This document shows positions 11,529 to 23,496 of a stretch of DNA of 64,000 bases, in pieces. Where the stretch lies: the IMG/VR virus record IMGVR_UViG_3300031994_000020; one strand, given 5' to 3'. Under the pieces are notes generated by a model. That model was not told the DNA's origin. It did no database searches and saw only the letters and a list, made by a program, of their open reading frames with translations. How positions within the stretch are numbered: position 1 is the first letter of the stretch; each line of letters starts with the position of its first letter. This DNA is from a virus. Taxonomy: Duplodnaviria; Caudoviricetes. A program made the position numbers and the translations under genes.

Positions 11529-12623
11529 TTATCCTATCCCCTTATTTCCATTTAAACCATAATTATATGTGTCATACAGTTCAATGTAATACTTTTCTTT
11601 TTCATCCAGTAATTTTGCATCACATTCTTCAAGAACTTCAAAAGCAAAATTAGATAAACCGCTTTCTCTCATAGCTTTATATAATTTATTTTCAGTAGTT
11701 ATATTACCTACTCCTAAAGCATTTTTACAATGCTGTTTCTATCTATCACAAATATCAACACTTTGACCTATATATGCAAGTCCTGTATTTAAATCTGTAA
11801 GTTTATATATTCCACAGGCAGTAGCTTTTCCTATAATCTGCGGGAACCGCACTTTCGCAATAGGTTGATAATAATTACTCTAAATTATTTTATCTATAAC
11901 AATAGCATTAGTAATTTGAGATTGAATTGATTTTAATAATTTTATATCTTTAAGATTAACTTCTGACATTTTTAATCTGAAGTTATCATTATTTTCTTTT
12001 ATTTCTTGCTCTCTTAATTGAGCTTTAAGTGCGGCGTCGCGGGTAGAACGAATCTTGTCAAGGACTCCTTGAGCCGCCGCGATTTCTTGATTAATTTTTT
12101 CTTTTTCTTCCTCTAACTATTTATTATTTTCTTCTTTTGTTAATTCTAAATTCTTTATTTCCCGCTCTTGTGCATCTGCATATGATTGATTTAATCTTTC
12201 AAGATTCTCATTATATTCTTTTTCTTTTTCTTCATAACTTTGAATAAGTGCATTACAATAATTTTCAAATGCTACTTGAGATAATTTTTTTTGATTATCA
12301 ACTGTATTTGTTACATTTTTCTGTAAATCTTCTAACTGTTGTTGTTTATTTTTTATATTAGAATCAATATGTTCTAATGTCATTTTTTGTTCATGTATAT
12401 CAAGTTTATATTGTTGAAGAGTCTGCTCATTTTGAGCAATTTCTTCATTTTTTTGTTCTATTAAAGAATCTAATTCATTACTTCGCTCTTGTTTTAAATC
12501 ATTAGCTTTATCTATTTCTGCATTTATTTGGTGAGTTTGCTTTTTAATTCTCCTTATCTAAACAGAACTAGACATAGCTAACATCAGTCCAATAAAAAAC
12601 ATTAATGCAGAAATCTATGTCAT
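11529..12623 (-). CDS. N-terminal TM helix, coiled coil and C-terminal GIY-YIG domain protein with 5 internal TAG
   Basis: MT(TAG)ISALMFFIGLML...KII(TAG)SNYYQP...CGIYKLT...AYIGQSVDICDR(TAG)KQH; 365 codons in frame. Confidence 0.8.
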
Positions 12624-12694
12624 ATAGTACTCCTTTTTATAAAAATAGGGGAGAGTTAATTCTCTCCCCCGATTTATTTTTTAATCAAAACTGA

Positions 12695-12982
12695 TTACTC
12701 AGCCTTAGCGTCCTCGGCCTTAGCTGCTTCATGATCATAAGCATAACCAGCTTCAGTAACCTTGATAAACTTAACAGTCTTATGAGTACCATCCTCAAGC
12801 TCGATTTCTGCGGGGATTCTCTCTGTAAGACCTTTCTTCTGAAGACCAGATGTAACAACACCATCAACTGACTTCTTAGTCATATCAAGTGCCTTTGCAA
12901 TATCCTCAGATGTTACGTTCTCATCGCCAATACCTCTAAGATAATCTAAAACTACTAAACTCTTTTCACTTACTGCTTTCAT
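12695..12982 (-). CDS. Small winged-helix DNA-binding protein
   Basis: VTSEDIAKALDMTKKSVDGVV...KKGLTER; own promoter upstream. Confidence 0.65.
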   Translation of the reverse strand: MKAVSEKSLVVLDYLRGIGDENVTSEDIAKALDMTKKSVDGVVTSGLQKKGLTERIPAEIELEDGTHKTVKFIKVTEAGYAYDHEAAKAEDAKAE

Positions 12983-13331
12983 TGAATTGTTCTCCTTTTT
13001 AATTCTTAATTTATTTTTATTTTTAATAAGTAGATAGACTTTTTATCTTTCACTTATATATAATATTATATCAAAAAATTTTCAAAAAGTCAAGTCTGTG
13101 CAGCTTATCATTTCATCAATTTTTATTAAATCTTCCAATGTTAATTTCTCTGCTATTTGCTCAATTTCTTTTAGATTATTTGATACATTTTCACCTTTTT
13201 GGCATTTTAGTTCCAGACTTTTTATTTGAGAAGCCAGTTTTTTTAATTCTGAATTTCTCATATCTATCTCCTTTATTAATTTCTATATATATTATATCAA
13301 AAATTTTTTCAAACGGCAAGTTAAATTCTTC

Positions 13332-13400
13332 TTATGATTTCATTTTTATATATTCCTCTTCGGTTATTATAGGAATATTTAATTTTGCAGCATCTTTATT
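13332..13400 (-). pseudogene. Orphaned former 3' end of ligA (BRCT tail)
   Basis: Encodes NKDAAKLNIPIITEEEYIKMKS-TAA, parallel to the current LigA end KAKQLKIKIISEEEYLKMKTS. Confidence 0.75.
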
Positions 13401-14289
13401 TTAAAACAAATTCACTTGTTTCTAATAATAAATCTTTAAGTGATATATTGTTTAAATGGATATAAGGTATTCTTATTATAGGTATGTTATGTTCTTTGCA
13501 ATATTGATTTTTAAAGTTGTCTCTTTGCTGTAATTTTTCAAAATTTTCTTTAGTACACCATCCATTATTTGTATAGGTAAAATGTTGTTCTCCATCATAT
13601 TCAATAATATATTTATTATTTATATAAAAATCAAACTTAGCTTTATTTTTTGTTTCTGGAAAAATACAATCTTCAAAACAATGTTGATATTTAAAAGGAA
13701 TATTATTTTCTTTTAAAATAGTAATAATTGTTAATTCTCCAAATGATTTTTGACATCCGCACGATTTTGTTAATCCTTGTATTAAACTAGATTTATTAAT
13801 AATTTTTTTATTACCGCATTTACATTGACATAACCACATAGTCCCATTTTCTGATGGAGCCTGCTCTAATACAGTTAATAGTCCATATTGATTTCCAGTA
13901 ATATCAATTGTTCTTTTTTTTGCACTAACTTTATTACCACAATCTTTACATTGTTTAATATATCCATTTTTTAAATTACTTGTTGTTACATATGTTATAT
14001 TACCACAATTACATTGACACTTCTATTTTCCATCATTAGTTCTTTCTAATACTGTTAATGAATTAAAAGTTTGCCCTAGTAAATTATCACATTTAGATTT
14101 TGCAGTATCATATCTAGAACATCCACAATTAGTAGATCTTCCTCCTTTTAAACTACTTGCTTCTACATATTTCTGAGTCCCGCATTCACATTGACAAAGC
14201 CAATGAATTTTATTCTTAATAGAAATATGTTTATCTAAAACAGTCCATTTACCATATTGTTGACCTGTTAAATCTATAAATTTTCCCAT
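13396..14289 (-). CDS. Homing-type endonuclease (three WxCxCxCG repeats plus PD-(D/E)XK domain); read through TAG 14023-14025
   Basis: HWLCQCECG, GK(TAG)KCQCNCG, MWLCQCKCG, KFDFYI, IEYDGEQHF. Confidence 0.85.
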
Positions 14290-14315
14290 TTTAAATTTCT
14301 CCTTAAAATTAAAAT

Positions 14316-16292
14316 TTAAGAGGTTTTCATTTTTAAATACTCCTCTTCTGATATTATTTTAATTTTAAGCTGTTTTGCTTTAAGTGTTTTACCCGATGTA
14401 GAATTAAAATCATTAGTTATAAGATAGTTTACTTTAGAAGAAATACTTCCTACTACTTTACCACCAAGAGATTCTATCTCTGCTTTTATAGAATCACGAG
14501 TGTAATTTACTAACTTACCTGTTACACAAAATATTTTATCTTTAATTGCGGCGGCCTCGGTCTGTTCTACACTAGGCTGGTCCTCCGCCCAAGTAAATAA
14601 TTTTACAATTTCGTCTGCTGCACTATAATCAAAGTTATTTATAGCTTTGCTTATTTCAGGTCCAAATCCTTCAAATTGACTCCAATCTCCTCCAATTGCT
14701 GTTTTAAAACTTTCCCAGCTTGGGTAGTATTTAACAATTTCTTTGGCAACCGTCCTGCCAACAAGAGGTATTCCAAGAGCAGATATAAATGATGAAAGCT
14801 GTACCCCATGTATCGAGGCATTAATAGCGTTAAGGATTTTTCCGACTGAAGCTGCTCCAAAACCTTCTTTTGAAACCCATTCAGTTTTATGCCCATCAAG
14901 TTTATATATGTCTCCAAGTTCATTTATCCATCCCCAATCTATTAACTTTCCTATTGTTGCTTTAGAAATTCCTTTTACATTAAGTCCCTTTATACCTAGA
15001 TAATGATCTACGCGATTCAAGAGTTTACCTTCACAAGACGGGTTCCCGCATATTATATTATAAACTCCACTTTCACTCTCAACTACTTCAGTAGGCTCGT
15101 TACAAATAGGACAACGAGTACAAAAGCCATTATCAAGAATATGGTCATGAAGAGTATCATTCCTATATTCTGCTCTTGTTATCTGTGGAATTATCATGTT
15201 CATTTTTGCTACCCATATTTTCTGTTTTTGTTCTGGATAGCGGCCAAGAATCTCCCGCATTACACTAAGATTGTGCATGGATGCGCGCTCTATAGTACTA
15301 ACTCCATCATCTACGGGCTTAAATACTGCGACCGGAGTAAGTATTCCTGTTCTTCCCATAGTCCAGTCTATATCTATCAACTCTGTCTCATATTCTTCAT
15401 CGTAGAATTTGAGAGCGATAGCTGAATTGAAGTGATGATCCGTACGACCTAGACTTTCGCCATATTTCTTTGACTCAAATTTAAATACATAACCATCAAT
15501 AGGGTATATTTTATGTTCATCCATTCTATCAAGAATATCAATAGCATCTTCTATTGTTTCTGCATCTCCAATTCTAGGGACTGTGGTAAAGCCCCAATCA
15601 TCAAGTTTCTCTAATCTCCAGAAATTAAAATCTTCATTTATACCTTCAATTAAATCCCAAGCAACAAAAGTAAGATTGCGTGAGGCAGATTCTTCTGAAT
15701 TAAGTAATCTAATACTGCCAGATGCAAAATTTCTAGGGTTTTTATATTCATTTTTAAAAGGCTCAAAATCTGGATAAGTACAAATTATTTCTCCATCAAT
15801 TATAACCCTATCTGCTATATCATAGATATGAGAACCACGATCTTTAGTGGGAATATGAAGAGGAATATTTTTTACTTGACATATATTATGCCAAATGTCT
15901 TCTCCTTCAACCCCATTTCCGCGAGTTTCTGCTCTAACTAACTCACCCTTTTCATAGGTTAAGGAAACGGTAAGCCCATCCATTTTAAACATCCCAAACC
16001 AATCATATCCTTTAACAAAAGAAGATATAATTGAAGGATCTTTAGTTTTATCTAATGATAACATAAGATGATTATGCTCTACTTTATTTAACTTTGAAAC
16101 TTCTTCAAAAAAGACTTTTTGAGTAGGTGAATCAGGATAAATAACGCCTGTTTCTTCCTCCATTTTCTTTAACTTAAAATATAAATCATCCCAAGCCTTA
16201 TCAGAAATCTTAGGTAGACCTTTATTATATGCTTTTGTATAATCATTTAATGTATCTATTAGTTCTCTTATATCTCTTGCTTTTTGATCCAT
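14316..16292 (-). CDS. ligA: NAD-dependent DNA ligase
   Basis: MLSLDK, KMDG adenylation motif, TRGNGVEGED, NPRNFASG, Zn finger, BRCT. Confidence 0.95.
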   Translation of the reverse strand: MDQKARDIRELIDTLNDYTKAYNKGLPKISDKAWDDLYFKLKKMEEETGVIYPDSPTQKVFFEEVSKLNKVEHNHLMLSLDKTKDPSIISSFVKGYDWFGMFKMDGLTVSLTYEKGELVRAETRGNGVEGEDIWHNICQVKNIPLHIPTKDRGSHIYDIADRVIIDGEIICTYPDFEPFKNEYKNPRNFASGSIRLLNSEESASRNLTFVAWDLIEGINEDFNFWRLEKLDDWGFTTVPRIGDAETIEDAIDILDRMDEHKIYPIDGYVFKFESKKYGESLGRTDHHFNSAIALKFYDEEYETELIDIDWTMGRTGILTPVAVFKPVDDGVSTIERASMHNLSVMREILGRYPEQKQKIWVAKMNMIIPQITRAEYRNDTLHDHILDNGFCTRCPICNEPTEVVESESGVYNIICGNPSCEGKLLNRVDHYLGIKGLNVKGISKATIGKLIDWGWINELGDIYKLDGHKTEWVSKEGFGAASVGKILNAINASIHGVQLSSFISALGIPLVGRTVAKEIVKYYPSWESFKTAIGGDWSQFEGFGPEISKAINNFDYSAADEIVKLFTWAEDQPSVEQTEAAAIKDKIFCVTGKLVNYTRDSIKAEIESLGGKVVGSISSKVNYLITNDFNSTSGKTLKAKQLKIKIISEEEYLKMKTS

Positions 16293-16388
16293 TTTATTTA
16301 TCCTTTTTTCATTTATTATATAAATATTATATCATATTTTTTTAAAAATGTCAAATAATAATGAAGAAAGGGACGTTAGCCCCTTTCT

Positions 16389-18755
16389 TCAAATCTTAGT
16401 TACAGATATTACTCTGTTATCTTTTATCATTATATTGCCTTCCGCACTCTTTGATGTGAGTGGAACGTCTGCCGCACCAAAGCATATGGAAGTTTTATTT
16501 CCTGATAATAATATATTATCTTCATCAGAAATCATTGCCGCACCTACAATATCTTTCTTCGAGACTATTGTTCCTTTGCCACCTCTTGTTTGAAGCGGGA
16601 AGTCAGCTAATGCAACTTTCTTTCCATATCCATCTGAAGTAAAGATACCAACATAATCAGTTGTTTTATGAACGGGAAGTGCAGCAACCACTTCATCATC
16701 TTCATTAAGTTTAATTCCTTTGACGCCCATGGTAGTTCTTCCAGTAGCTCCTACATCAGTAGACTTACATCTAATACTCATTCCTTTTTTAGTTATAATG
16801 ATTATATCTTCATTATCTTGGAATATTATATTTGATAATAAATCTCCTTCTTTTATTTTAAGAGCAGCGATTCCCGCATTTCTCTTTACTCCCATATATT
16901 CTGATAAGAAAGTCTTTTTAAACATACCCTGTTTAGTTATAAATATTGCAAACTGCGGAAGTGTCTTTCTATGTAATGAAGTTACTGCAATTACTTTTTC
17001 ATTAGGCTCTAATTGAACTAATGTATTAATTGGCACTCCTTTTGTTGTATTATTTCCATCAGGAATGTTATCTACTATTGTTCTATACATTTTACCTTCA
17101 TTAGTAAAGAACATGAGATAGTCAACTGTGTTTGTCTTAATGGTTGACATTATACAGTCATCCACGGACTTGATGCCCTTCCCGCCTTTCTTCTGCACTT
17201 TGAAGTTCGATACGGGGACTTTCTTTATTAATCCAGACTCTGTTGTTACTACTACAACATCAACAGGAACTACTTCCGCAATTTCCTTTTCCTCTGGCTT
17301 AATATCGATCTGAGTCAACTCAGTTCTTCTTGCGTCACCATACTTCTTGACAAGATTACCAAGTCTTTGTCTTATCACATCTACTTGCAGGCTCTCGTCA
17401 CTAACAATATTTTTCCATTTTGAAAGGTTATTTTCCAGTTCTGCTTTTTCTTTATTAAGCTCCACACCTTCCAATTTTGCAAGTGAAGAAAGTCGCATAG
17501 CCAAGATAGCTTTTGCTTGAGGCTCTGTAAACTCATATTTTTTCATCAGAGATTCTTTGGCGGCGGCTGATGATTCACTACCCTTGATAAGAGCTATAAT
17601 ATCATCAATGTTTGCTAATGCCTTGAGCAAACCGTCAACAATCTCTCTCCTTTCTTCTGCTTCTGCTATATCAAAGTTAAGTTCTTTAACCAAACACTCT
17701 TTATTATGTTTGATATAGATTTTAATACACTGCTCAAGATTTAACTCTGTTGGAGTTTTATCAACAAGAGCAACCTGATTGTACGAGATTGACGTCTGGA
17801 GATTAGTCTTGCTATACAGCTTTGCGGCGATTGAGTCTGGGTTTACGCCCTTCCCGCACTCTATAACAATTCTAATACCTTTCTTATTCGTCTCATCTTT
17901 GATCTCGGTGATACCCTCGATCTCTTTCTTCTCGCAGACCTCACCAATCTCTGTAAGTATTCCTTCTATTGTTTGACCGTACGGAATTTCATAGAAGATA
18001 ATCTTGTTCTTCTCCACTCTGTACTTTCCACGAACTCTTACAGAGCCATGACCTGTTTTCATGATGTTTGGGATGTCATTCTTATTTATGACGTAACCAC
18101 CTGTCGGGAAGTCCGGACCAGGAAGCATCGGCTCTTTGCCGTCCATATAATCGTAGATTGCCTGTGCAACCTCGTTCAAATTATGCGGGAGCCAGTTACA
18201 TGCGATCGCTACGCCAATTCCGCTGTTCGGATTACATAACAAGTTAGGGAAGATTGCTGGAAGTGTTTCTGGCTCTTTCTCTGTTTCATCATAGTTCGGA
18301 ATGAAGTTTACATTCTTCTTTTTGATTCCCGCAAGTAACCCTTCCTCTGCCAACTTTGATAGGCGGGACTCGGTGTAACGCATGGCAGCTGGTCCATCAC
18401 CTGACTGCGTACCATTATTTCCATGCCAGTCAATGAGGGGGTATCTCAAAGTCCAAGACTGAGACAAACGCACCATTGCGCAATATATACTCGTGTCACC
18501 ATGCGGATGGTAGAGACCCATTACATCACCGACAGAACGCGCACACTTCACATGAGGTTTGCTTGAAGAATATCCTTTCTCAAACATACCCCAAAGGATA
18601 CGCTTTGCAACCGGCTTTAAACCTGATGTTGAATCGGGAATAGCTCTGTCCTCATTAACGGCTGCTGCATACTCTATAAAATTTAATCCTAACTCTTGTT
18701 TTATATCATTCTGCATTTTATACCTCTCTATCTGCCCAATCGACTGTATTTTCAT
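16389..18755 (-). CDS. gyrA: Type IIA topoisomerase subunit A
   Basis: GLKPVAKRI, YHPHGD, AAMRYTE, QKKGGKG beta-pinwheel repeats. Confidence 0.95.
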   Translation of the reverse strand: MKIQSIGQIERYKMQNDIKQELGLNFIEYAAAVNEDRAIPDSTSGLKPVAKRILWGMFEKGYSSSKPHVKCARSVGDVMGLYHPHGDTSIYCAMVRLSQSWTLRYPLIDWHGNNGTQSGDGPAAMRYTESRLSKLAEEGLLAGIKKKNVNFIPNYDETEKEPETLPAIFPNLLCNPNSGIGVAIACNWLPHNLNEVAQAIYDYMDGKEPMLPGPDFPTGGYVINKNDIPNIMKTGHGSVRVRGKYRVEKNKIIFYEIPYGQTIEGILTEIGEVCEKKEIEGITEIKDETNKKGIRIVIECGKGVNPDSIAAKLYSKTNLQTSISYNQVALVDKTPTELNLEQCIKIYIKHNKECLVKELNFDIAEAEERREIVDGLLKALANIDDIIALIKGSESSAAAKESLMKKYEFTEPQAKAILAMRLSSLAKLEGVELNKEKAELENNLSKWKNIVSDESLQVDVIRQRLGNLVKKYGDARRTELTQIDIKPEEKEIAEVVPVDVVVVTTESGLIKKVPVSNFKVQKKGGKGIKSVDDCIMSTIKTNTVDYLMFFTNEGKMYRTIVDNIPDGNNTTKGVPINTLVQLEPNEKVIAVTSLHRKTLPQFAIFITKQGMFKKTFLSEYMGVKRNAGIAALKIKEGDLLSNIIFQDNEDIIIITKKGMSIRCKSTDVGATGRTTMGVKGIKLNEDDEVVAALPVHKTTDYVGIFTSDGYGKKVALADFPLQTRGGKGTIVSKKDIVGAAMISDEDNILLSGNKTSICFGAADVPLTSKSAEGNIMIKDNRVISVTKI

Positions 18756-19068
18756 TTATATACGTAAGTTCTTCTTCTGTTACAGGAGTTCTGCACTGTT
18801 CGGTACTAGGCCACTTCCCGGTACGGGTATCAGGCCAAGACATTAAATATATGTAAGTAAGAAAATCTATCCAGCAAGGACCTTCAGGTGTTGCAACAAG
18901 AACTTTATTTGCTTCAGGATCATATGTTAAATAGAGTGACCATTTAGTTTTTCCATATGGATCATAATCTGAAAGGATCCGTATAATTTTATACTTTTTT
19001 CCCCAATGAGGAAAATTACTCTCGTTCTGAACTATATGATGAGGAAAAAGATTCTCATTATTCTGCAT
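18718..19068 (-). CDS. Hypothetical protein between gyrB and gyrA
   Basis: ORF-track frame; start uncertain. Confidence 0.5.
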   Translation of the reverse strand: MQNNENLFPHHIVQNESNFPHWGKKYKIIRILSDYDPYGKTKWSLYLTYDPEANKVLVATPEGPCWIDFLTYIYLMSWPDTRTGKWPSTEQCRTPVTEEELTYINENTVDWADREV

Positions 19069-19251
19069 TGTACATACCTGCTTCCTTTGAATGTTCTTTG
19101 ATGTATGCTTTTCTCGCGGTAACACCTGTTCCCATTAACTGCTCAAAAAGAATATCAGTAGCCTTTGGGTCTTCCACAGTTATTTGTTTTATGATACGGT
19201 TCTCCGGATTTGTCAATGTTTCTTCTGTTTCTTCCACTGACATTTCTCCTA
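19058..19251 (-). CDS. gyrB: GyrB exon 2
   Basis: Spliced junction gives ...RMKG-L-GEMSVEETEETLTNPENR...LMG...RKAYI. Confidence 0.9.
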
Positions 19252-20289
19252 CGTGTTATTCCAATGTTGCCATTGGCACTGACTATTTCTTCTCTCCGGC
19301 TTACGCATTAACTGCCATCATAGAGACCACCTTTTCCAACTACGTATCAATAGTAGTTGTACTCTCCGACAAAGGAGATAGTCGATACAGGTTATACTAT
19401 AATATTTTTCCAATTTTGATATGACCAAATATTAGTAAAAGAACCTTTAGTAAGTTTATCTTTATAATCTTCATAAACGTCTTTTAATTGTTCACCATTT
19501 TTTCTTCTTAAACGAATTTGTTTAACATCTTCTTCTGTTAAACGAGTTCTTCCATTTTGAGAACCTTTATTTCCAGTATCGTGTAAATGGTATTCTTTGT
19601 TTTCTTTAGTATATACTTCAGGCATAACATTTTTCCATGTTTCACCTTTCCATATTTTATTAAAGCCAGACTCTCCAATTCTTTGATTATAAAGTAAATA
19701 AACTTCTTTTTTTCTTTCTAAATTTGCATATCTTGTTCTAATATCAATAACATCTTGCTCTGTTAATTTATGTCCTGGGTGATTATCTCCAAAATTTGTT
19801 TCTCCACCACTTGTGACATTATATCCATTGTTACATGAATTATAATATGTAATCCAATACTGCTCTTTAATATTTAATTGTTCTGGTTCACATTCTTCAA
19901 TTATTTCAAAAGTAAAATTTTCTATCCCATACTTTTGAAAAGCTAAATATAACGGTTTATTTTTTTCTCTTTCCCAATTATATTGAAGTTTATGTTCTTG
20001 CCATCTTTTTTCAATATGAATGCTTTGTCCAATGTAGCAATGATTATTGATATTATTAGTAATTTTATAAATTCCTATCATTTATTTATCTCCTTTATTT
20101 AATAGATTAGGAGATAATCTCATTTATTATAGTATATTCCCACGAGATTATCTTCAATATTATATAATTTTTATTCATTTCAGTCTGTCCTGAAATGTCC
20201 AAAAATTTTTGAAGACTACCTCGTTAGCCGCTTTTATTAGGCGACCCCGCTGATAAGCGGAAAAGTGGTTAAGGGCCAGACTACCTCGT
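19252..20289 (-). mobile_element. Group I intron in gyrB carrying a GIY-YIG endonuclease
   Basis: 5' exon ends AAAGGGT (U) and pairs with guide GCCCTT; intron ends ...AACACG (omega-G); P7-like GACTA/TAGTC; removal restores KGLGEM. Confidence 0.9.
19392..20081 (-). CDS. Intron-encoded GIY-YIG homing endonuclease
   Basis: MIGIYKITN...CYIGQS...RWQEH...GYN. Confidence 0.9.
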   Translation of the reverse strand: MIGIYKITNNINNHCYIGQSIHIEKRWQEHKLQYNWEREKNKPLYLAFQKYGIENFTFEIIEECEPEQLNIKEQYWITYYNSCNNGYNVTSGGETNFGDNHPGHKLTEQDVIDIRTRYANLERKKEVYLLYNQRIGESGFNKIWKGETWKNVMPEVYTKENKEYHLHDTGNKGSQNGRTRLTEEDVKQIRLRRKNGEQLKDVYEDYKDKLTKGSFTNIWSYQNWKNIIV

Positions 20290-22003
20290 ACCCTTTCATG
20301 CGATTAACTGTGTATTTCTTACCAATATTCTTCTGTCTAAACTCTTCAAGAGCTTCATCATTTTTGAGATACTTATATTCTTTTCCTATTGTTACTTTAT
20401 AAAGAGGTGGCACACCTGCGTAGACGTGTCCATCTTTAATCAGCTCCGGACAGAAGTTCCAAATAAACGTGTAGAACAGGTTCTTGATATGCGCGCCATC
20501 GACGTCCGCATCACTCATTATGATAATTTTGCCATATCTCAGGTCATCTTCATCATAAGTTACTTTCATAGATTTCGGATCTATATGCAAACCAAAAGCA
20601 TCGATCATTGTCATAATCTCTGCATTTTTTTGTATTTGCTGAAGAGTTGCTTTCTGCGTATTAAGAATTTTACCTCTTACCGGAAGCACTGCCTGGAACT
20701 CATTGTCACGAGCCAGCTTAATGTTACCCGATGCAGAATCACCCTCTGTGATGTAGATTTCACACTTTGATCTATCTTTTGAGAAACAGTCTGATAATTT
20801 ACTATCAAATTTCAGAACTTTCTCTTTCTTCTTCTTATCAGCTTCGCGGGCTGCGTCCCTAGCTTTCTTTGCTGCTTCTCGTGCCTTCCGCGCACTAATA
20901 GCTTTATCTGCAATTATTTTAACTTCTTTTTCATTAAACTGCAGCCATTGAGTAAATCCTTGAGAGAAAGCTGCTATTTCTGCTTTTGTATCTATTGCAG
21001 TTACTCTTGACTTTACCTGCGCATCATAAGCTACGCTTGGAGCTGTATAGTTAAATACAAGATATAACCCTTCTTGTATATCTTCACCTGTGAGATTCTC
21101 TTCGCTATCCTTAAGCCACTTTTTTTCTCTAAAAAACTTGTTCATTTCTCTTGTTAAACAAGTCTTTAACTGAGTGATATGTGCACCTGTGTCTGTAAGA
21201 CCAGTGTTTACATAAGCTATAATAGATGAAGAATAGTTGTTTGTATATGTCATAACTAAGTTAAGTTTGAACTTATCTTCACTATTGTTGATAATTAATC
21301 TATTATTAAGAATCTCTTTATCGCCTACTGCTTCATCAACAAGATCATTTAATCCATTTTTGGAACTGAACACTTCTTGTGTCCCATTATATGTAAGATT
21401 AATTATAAGACCAGAACATAAGCAGCTTATTGTCTTGAATAAAGAACGAACTTTATTTATTTCAACTTCTGTATGCTTAAAAAATTCTTCTGAAGGCTGC
21501 CATTGAACTAAAGTACCAGAAGATGTTTTATTTGCCATAGTTTTCTCAACTCGACCTTCAAATACACCCTCCTTAAAGCTAATAGCTTCCATCTTTCCAT
21601 CTCGCCATGTTCTAACCCTTAACCAATGACTAAGAAATGTTGTTATCTTACTACCAATACCAAATGAACCTAAACTTGTCCCTTCATAAGTTCCATCTTC
21701 ACGATACTTACCTGAAGTATTAAGCACACTAAATGCTGCCTCAAGGATGGTTTTTCCATCATCTCTAAAACTATTAGGAATGAACCCTTGTCCATGGTCT
21801 TCAACTGTAACAATATCTTTATCTATTGTTATATCAATCTGTGAGCCATGACCTGCATTATATTCATCAACACAGTTAGAGAAAATTTCTATTAAAAGTT
21901 GTGTAGAATAAGTACAATCACCTGCATACACCCCAGGACGAAGTCTAGTAAACTCAAGAGGGGATAATGACTCAATACTATCTTTATCGTATAATTTTCC
22001 CAT
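20290..22003 (-). CDS. gyrB: GyrB exon 1 (GHKL ATPase and TOPRIM)
   Basis: RPGVYAG, EIFSNCVDE, EGDSA, PVRGKILN, DADVDG. Confidence 0.95.
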
Positions 22004-22138
22004 TCTTTGTTCCTTTCTAATTTTTTCTTTTTCTATTTAAGCTCTTATTAATTATATAATAATTATAACATAATTTTTTATAAAGTGCAAGTACGTTGCG
22101 GATTTTCTTGGCTAAAAACTTTACAAAAGGAAAAAAAT

Positions 22139-22163
22139 AAAGGGAAGACCTAAGTCTTCCCTA
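22139..22163 (-). terminator. Intrinsic terminator after the endolysin
   Basis: AGGGAAGAC/GTCTTCCCT hairpin followed by a T-tract on the minus strand. Confidence 0.75.
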
Positions 22164-22170
22164 TAATTAA

Positions 22171-23484
22171 TTATGCTTTTTGAGTATATTTTAAATTAAT
22201 CTATCCAGCTCCTGATTTTAATTTACCCTATCCATTCTGCTCTTCAATTATAGTATATATTCCTTTATCTTTTATTGTTCCATTTACTTTATATCCTGCT
22301 CCAGGACCTTGTCGATAGTTAAGCGCACCCGCAGTTACTTTTACTATATAAGGTTTAAATGCGGGAGTCGCCTTTGGCGGAATAGGAGCTTCTTTCACAG
22401 GCTCTGTCTATGTAGGCTGTTTAATTATTGAAGCAGCAGATTCTCCTAAAGAAGCAGTTACTTTATCGGCTAATTCAGCCATTCTTGCCATCATCCAATC
22501 ACCAGGGCAACTTTTCTTTGCGAACTATCTATGTACAGTTAATTTCATTTCATTCTCTTTTGGATTATATGCAATAGCTTTATCTTTGTCAGCAATCCAA
22601 ATAAGTTTAGTTTTATTATATCGTTTACATATATCAATACATAAATCTATTAATTTATTATATACCTTGCTATTAAAAGCATATGGTGTTGTTTTATCTG
22701 ATGCACATTCAATAGTAATTGCTCTATTATCATTTGCAGCGTTTGATGAACACCATGATCTATTAATCTCGTCTACTATTAAACAAACACGACCTTCAGT
22801 TCCTATACCATAGTTACAAGAAGCTTGTCTCCCCTTCGGGAAACAACGACCTATGGCTTCCGCAGTTAATTGACCTACAACACAATGAGGTGTAATTGTA
22901 TCCACCGCATGATTACGTTTCCCGCTATGGTTAGGACTTTTTACTTCACAATCTATTAAAGGAGAATTTCCGCCGGAAGTGTTTCTTACTTCTACTTTTG
23001 TTGCAGTAGGAGTGGAAGTCGCCTGATCATATTTTGTTAAGTTATATGTTTTTACTACATTATATACATTATCAACATAATCCAAAGAAGTAGCATATTC
23101 TGCATCTTTAATAGCTTTAAGATAATCATAAGGATTATTTGCTTGTTTTACTTTTGCATAATTTGAAATATTTATAAATTGAAAATAACCTTCAACACCT
23201 TTTTCCATATTAGCAAAAGAAAACTAAGATGTAGAGATAGGTATATAATTACCATTAATTGTTTGTTCAGAACCAGTATCAGAAAATGTACCATTACTAC
23301 AAGTAACTCTATTAGGTCTATATTTTAAACCAAAATAATTATGATATGTTGCTTTTTTACTTGTTCCAAAAGCACTCTCTAAACATGCTTGAGCAATTGC
23401 GGCAGATGCTACTTTAAAGCCATATTGTTTTGAATACTTTTGACAATATGGAGCAATTGCTTCAATAAATTCTTGTTTAGTCAT
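22171..23484 (-). CDS. Multidomain endolysin (glucosaminidase, amidase_2, SH3b) with 5 internal TAG
   Basis: AQACLES, HNYFGLK, TPHCVVG, ITIECAS, LTVHR(TAG)FAKKSCPG, NG(TAG)GKLKSGAG(TAG)INLKY; TAGs at 23224, 22525, 22408, 22228, 22201; 438 codons in frame. Confidence 0.9.
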
Positions 23485-23496
23485 TTTGAATCCTCC

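Noticed and set aside
20237-20289. GyrB C-terminus YEVVWPLTTFPLISGVA from the ORF track
   Set aside because: This is read-through into the group I intron; the true C-terminus is exon 2.
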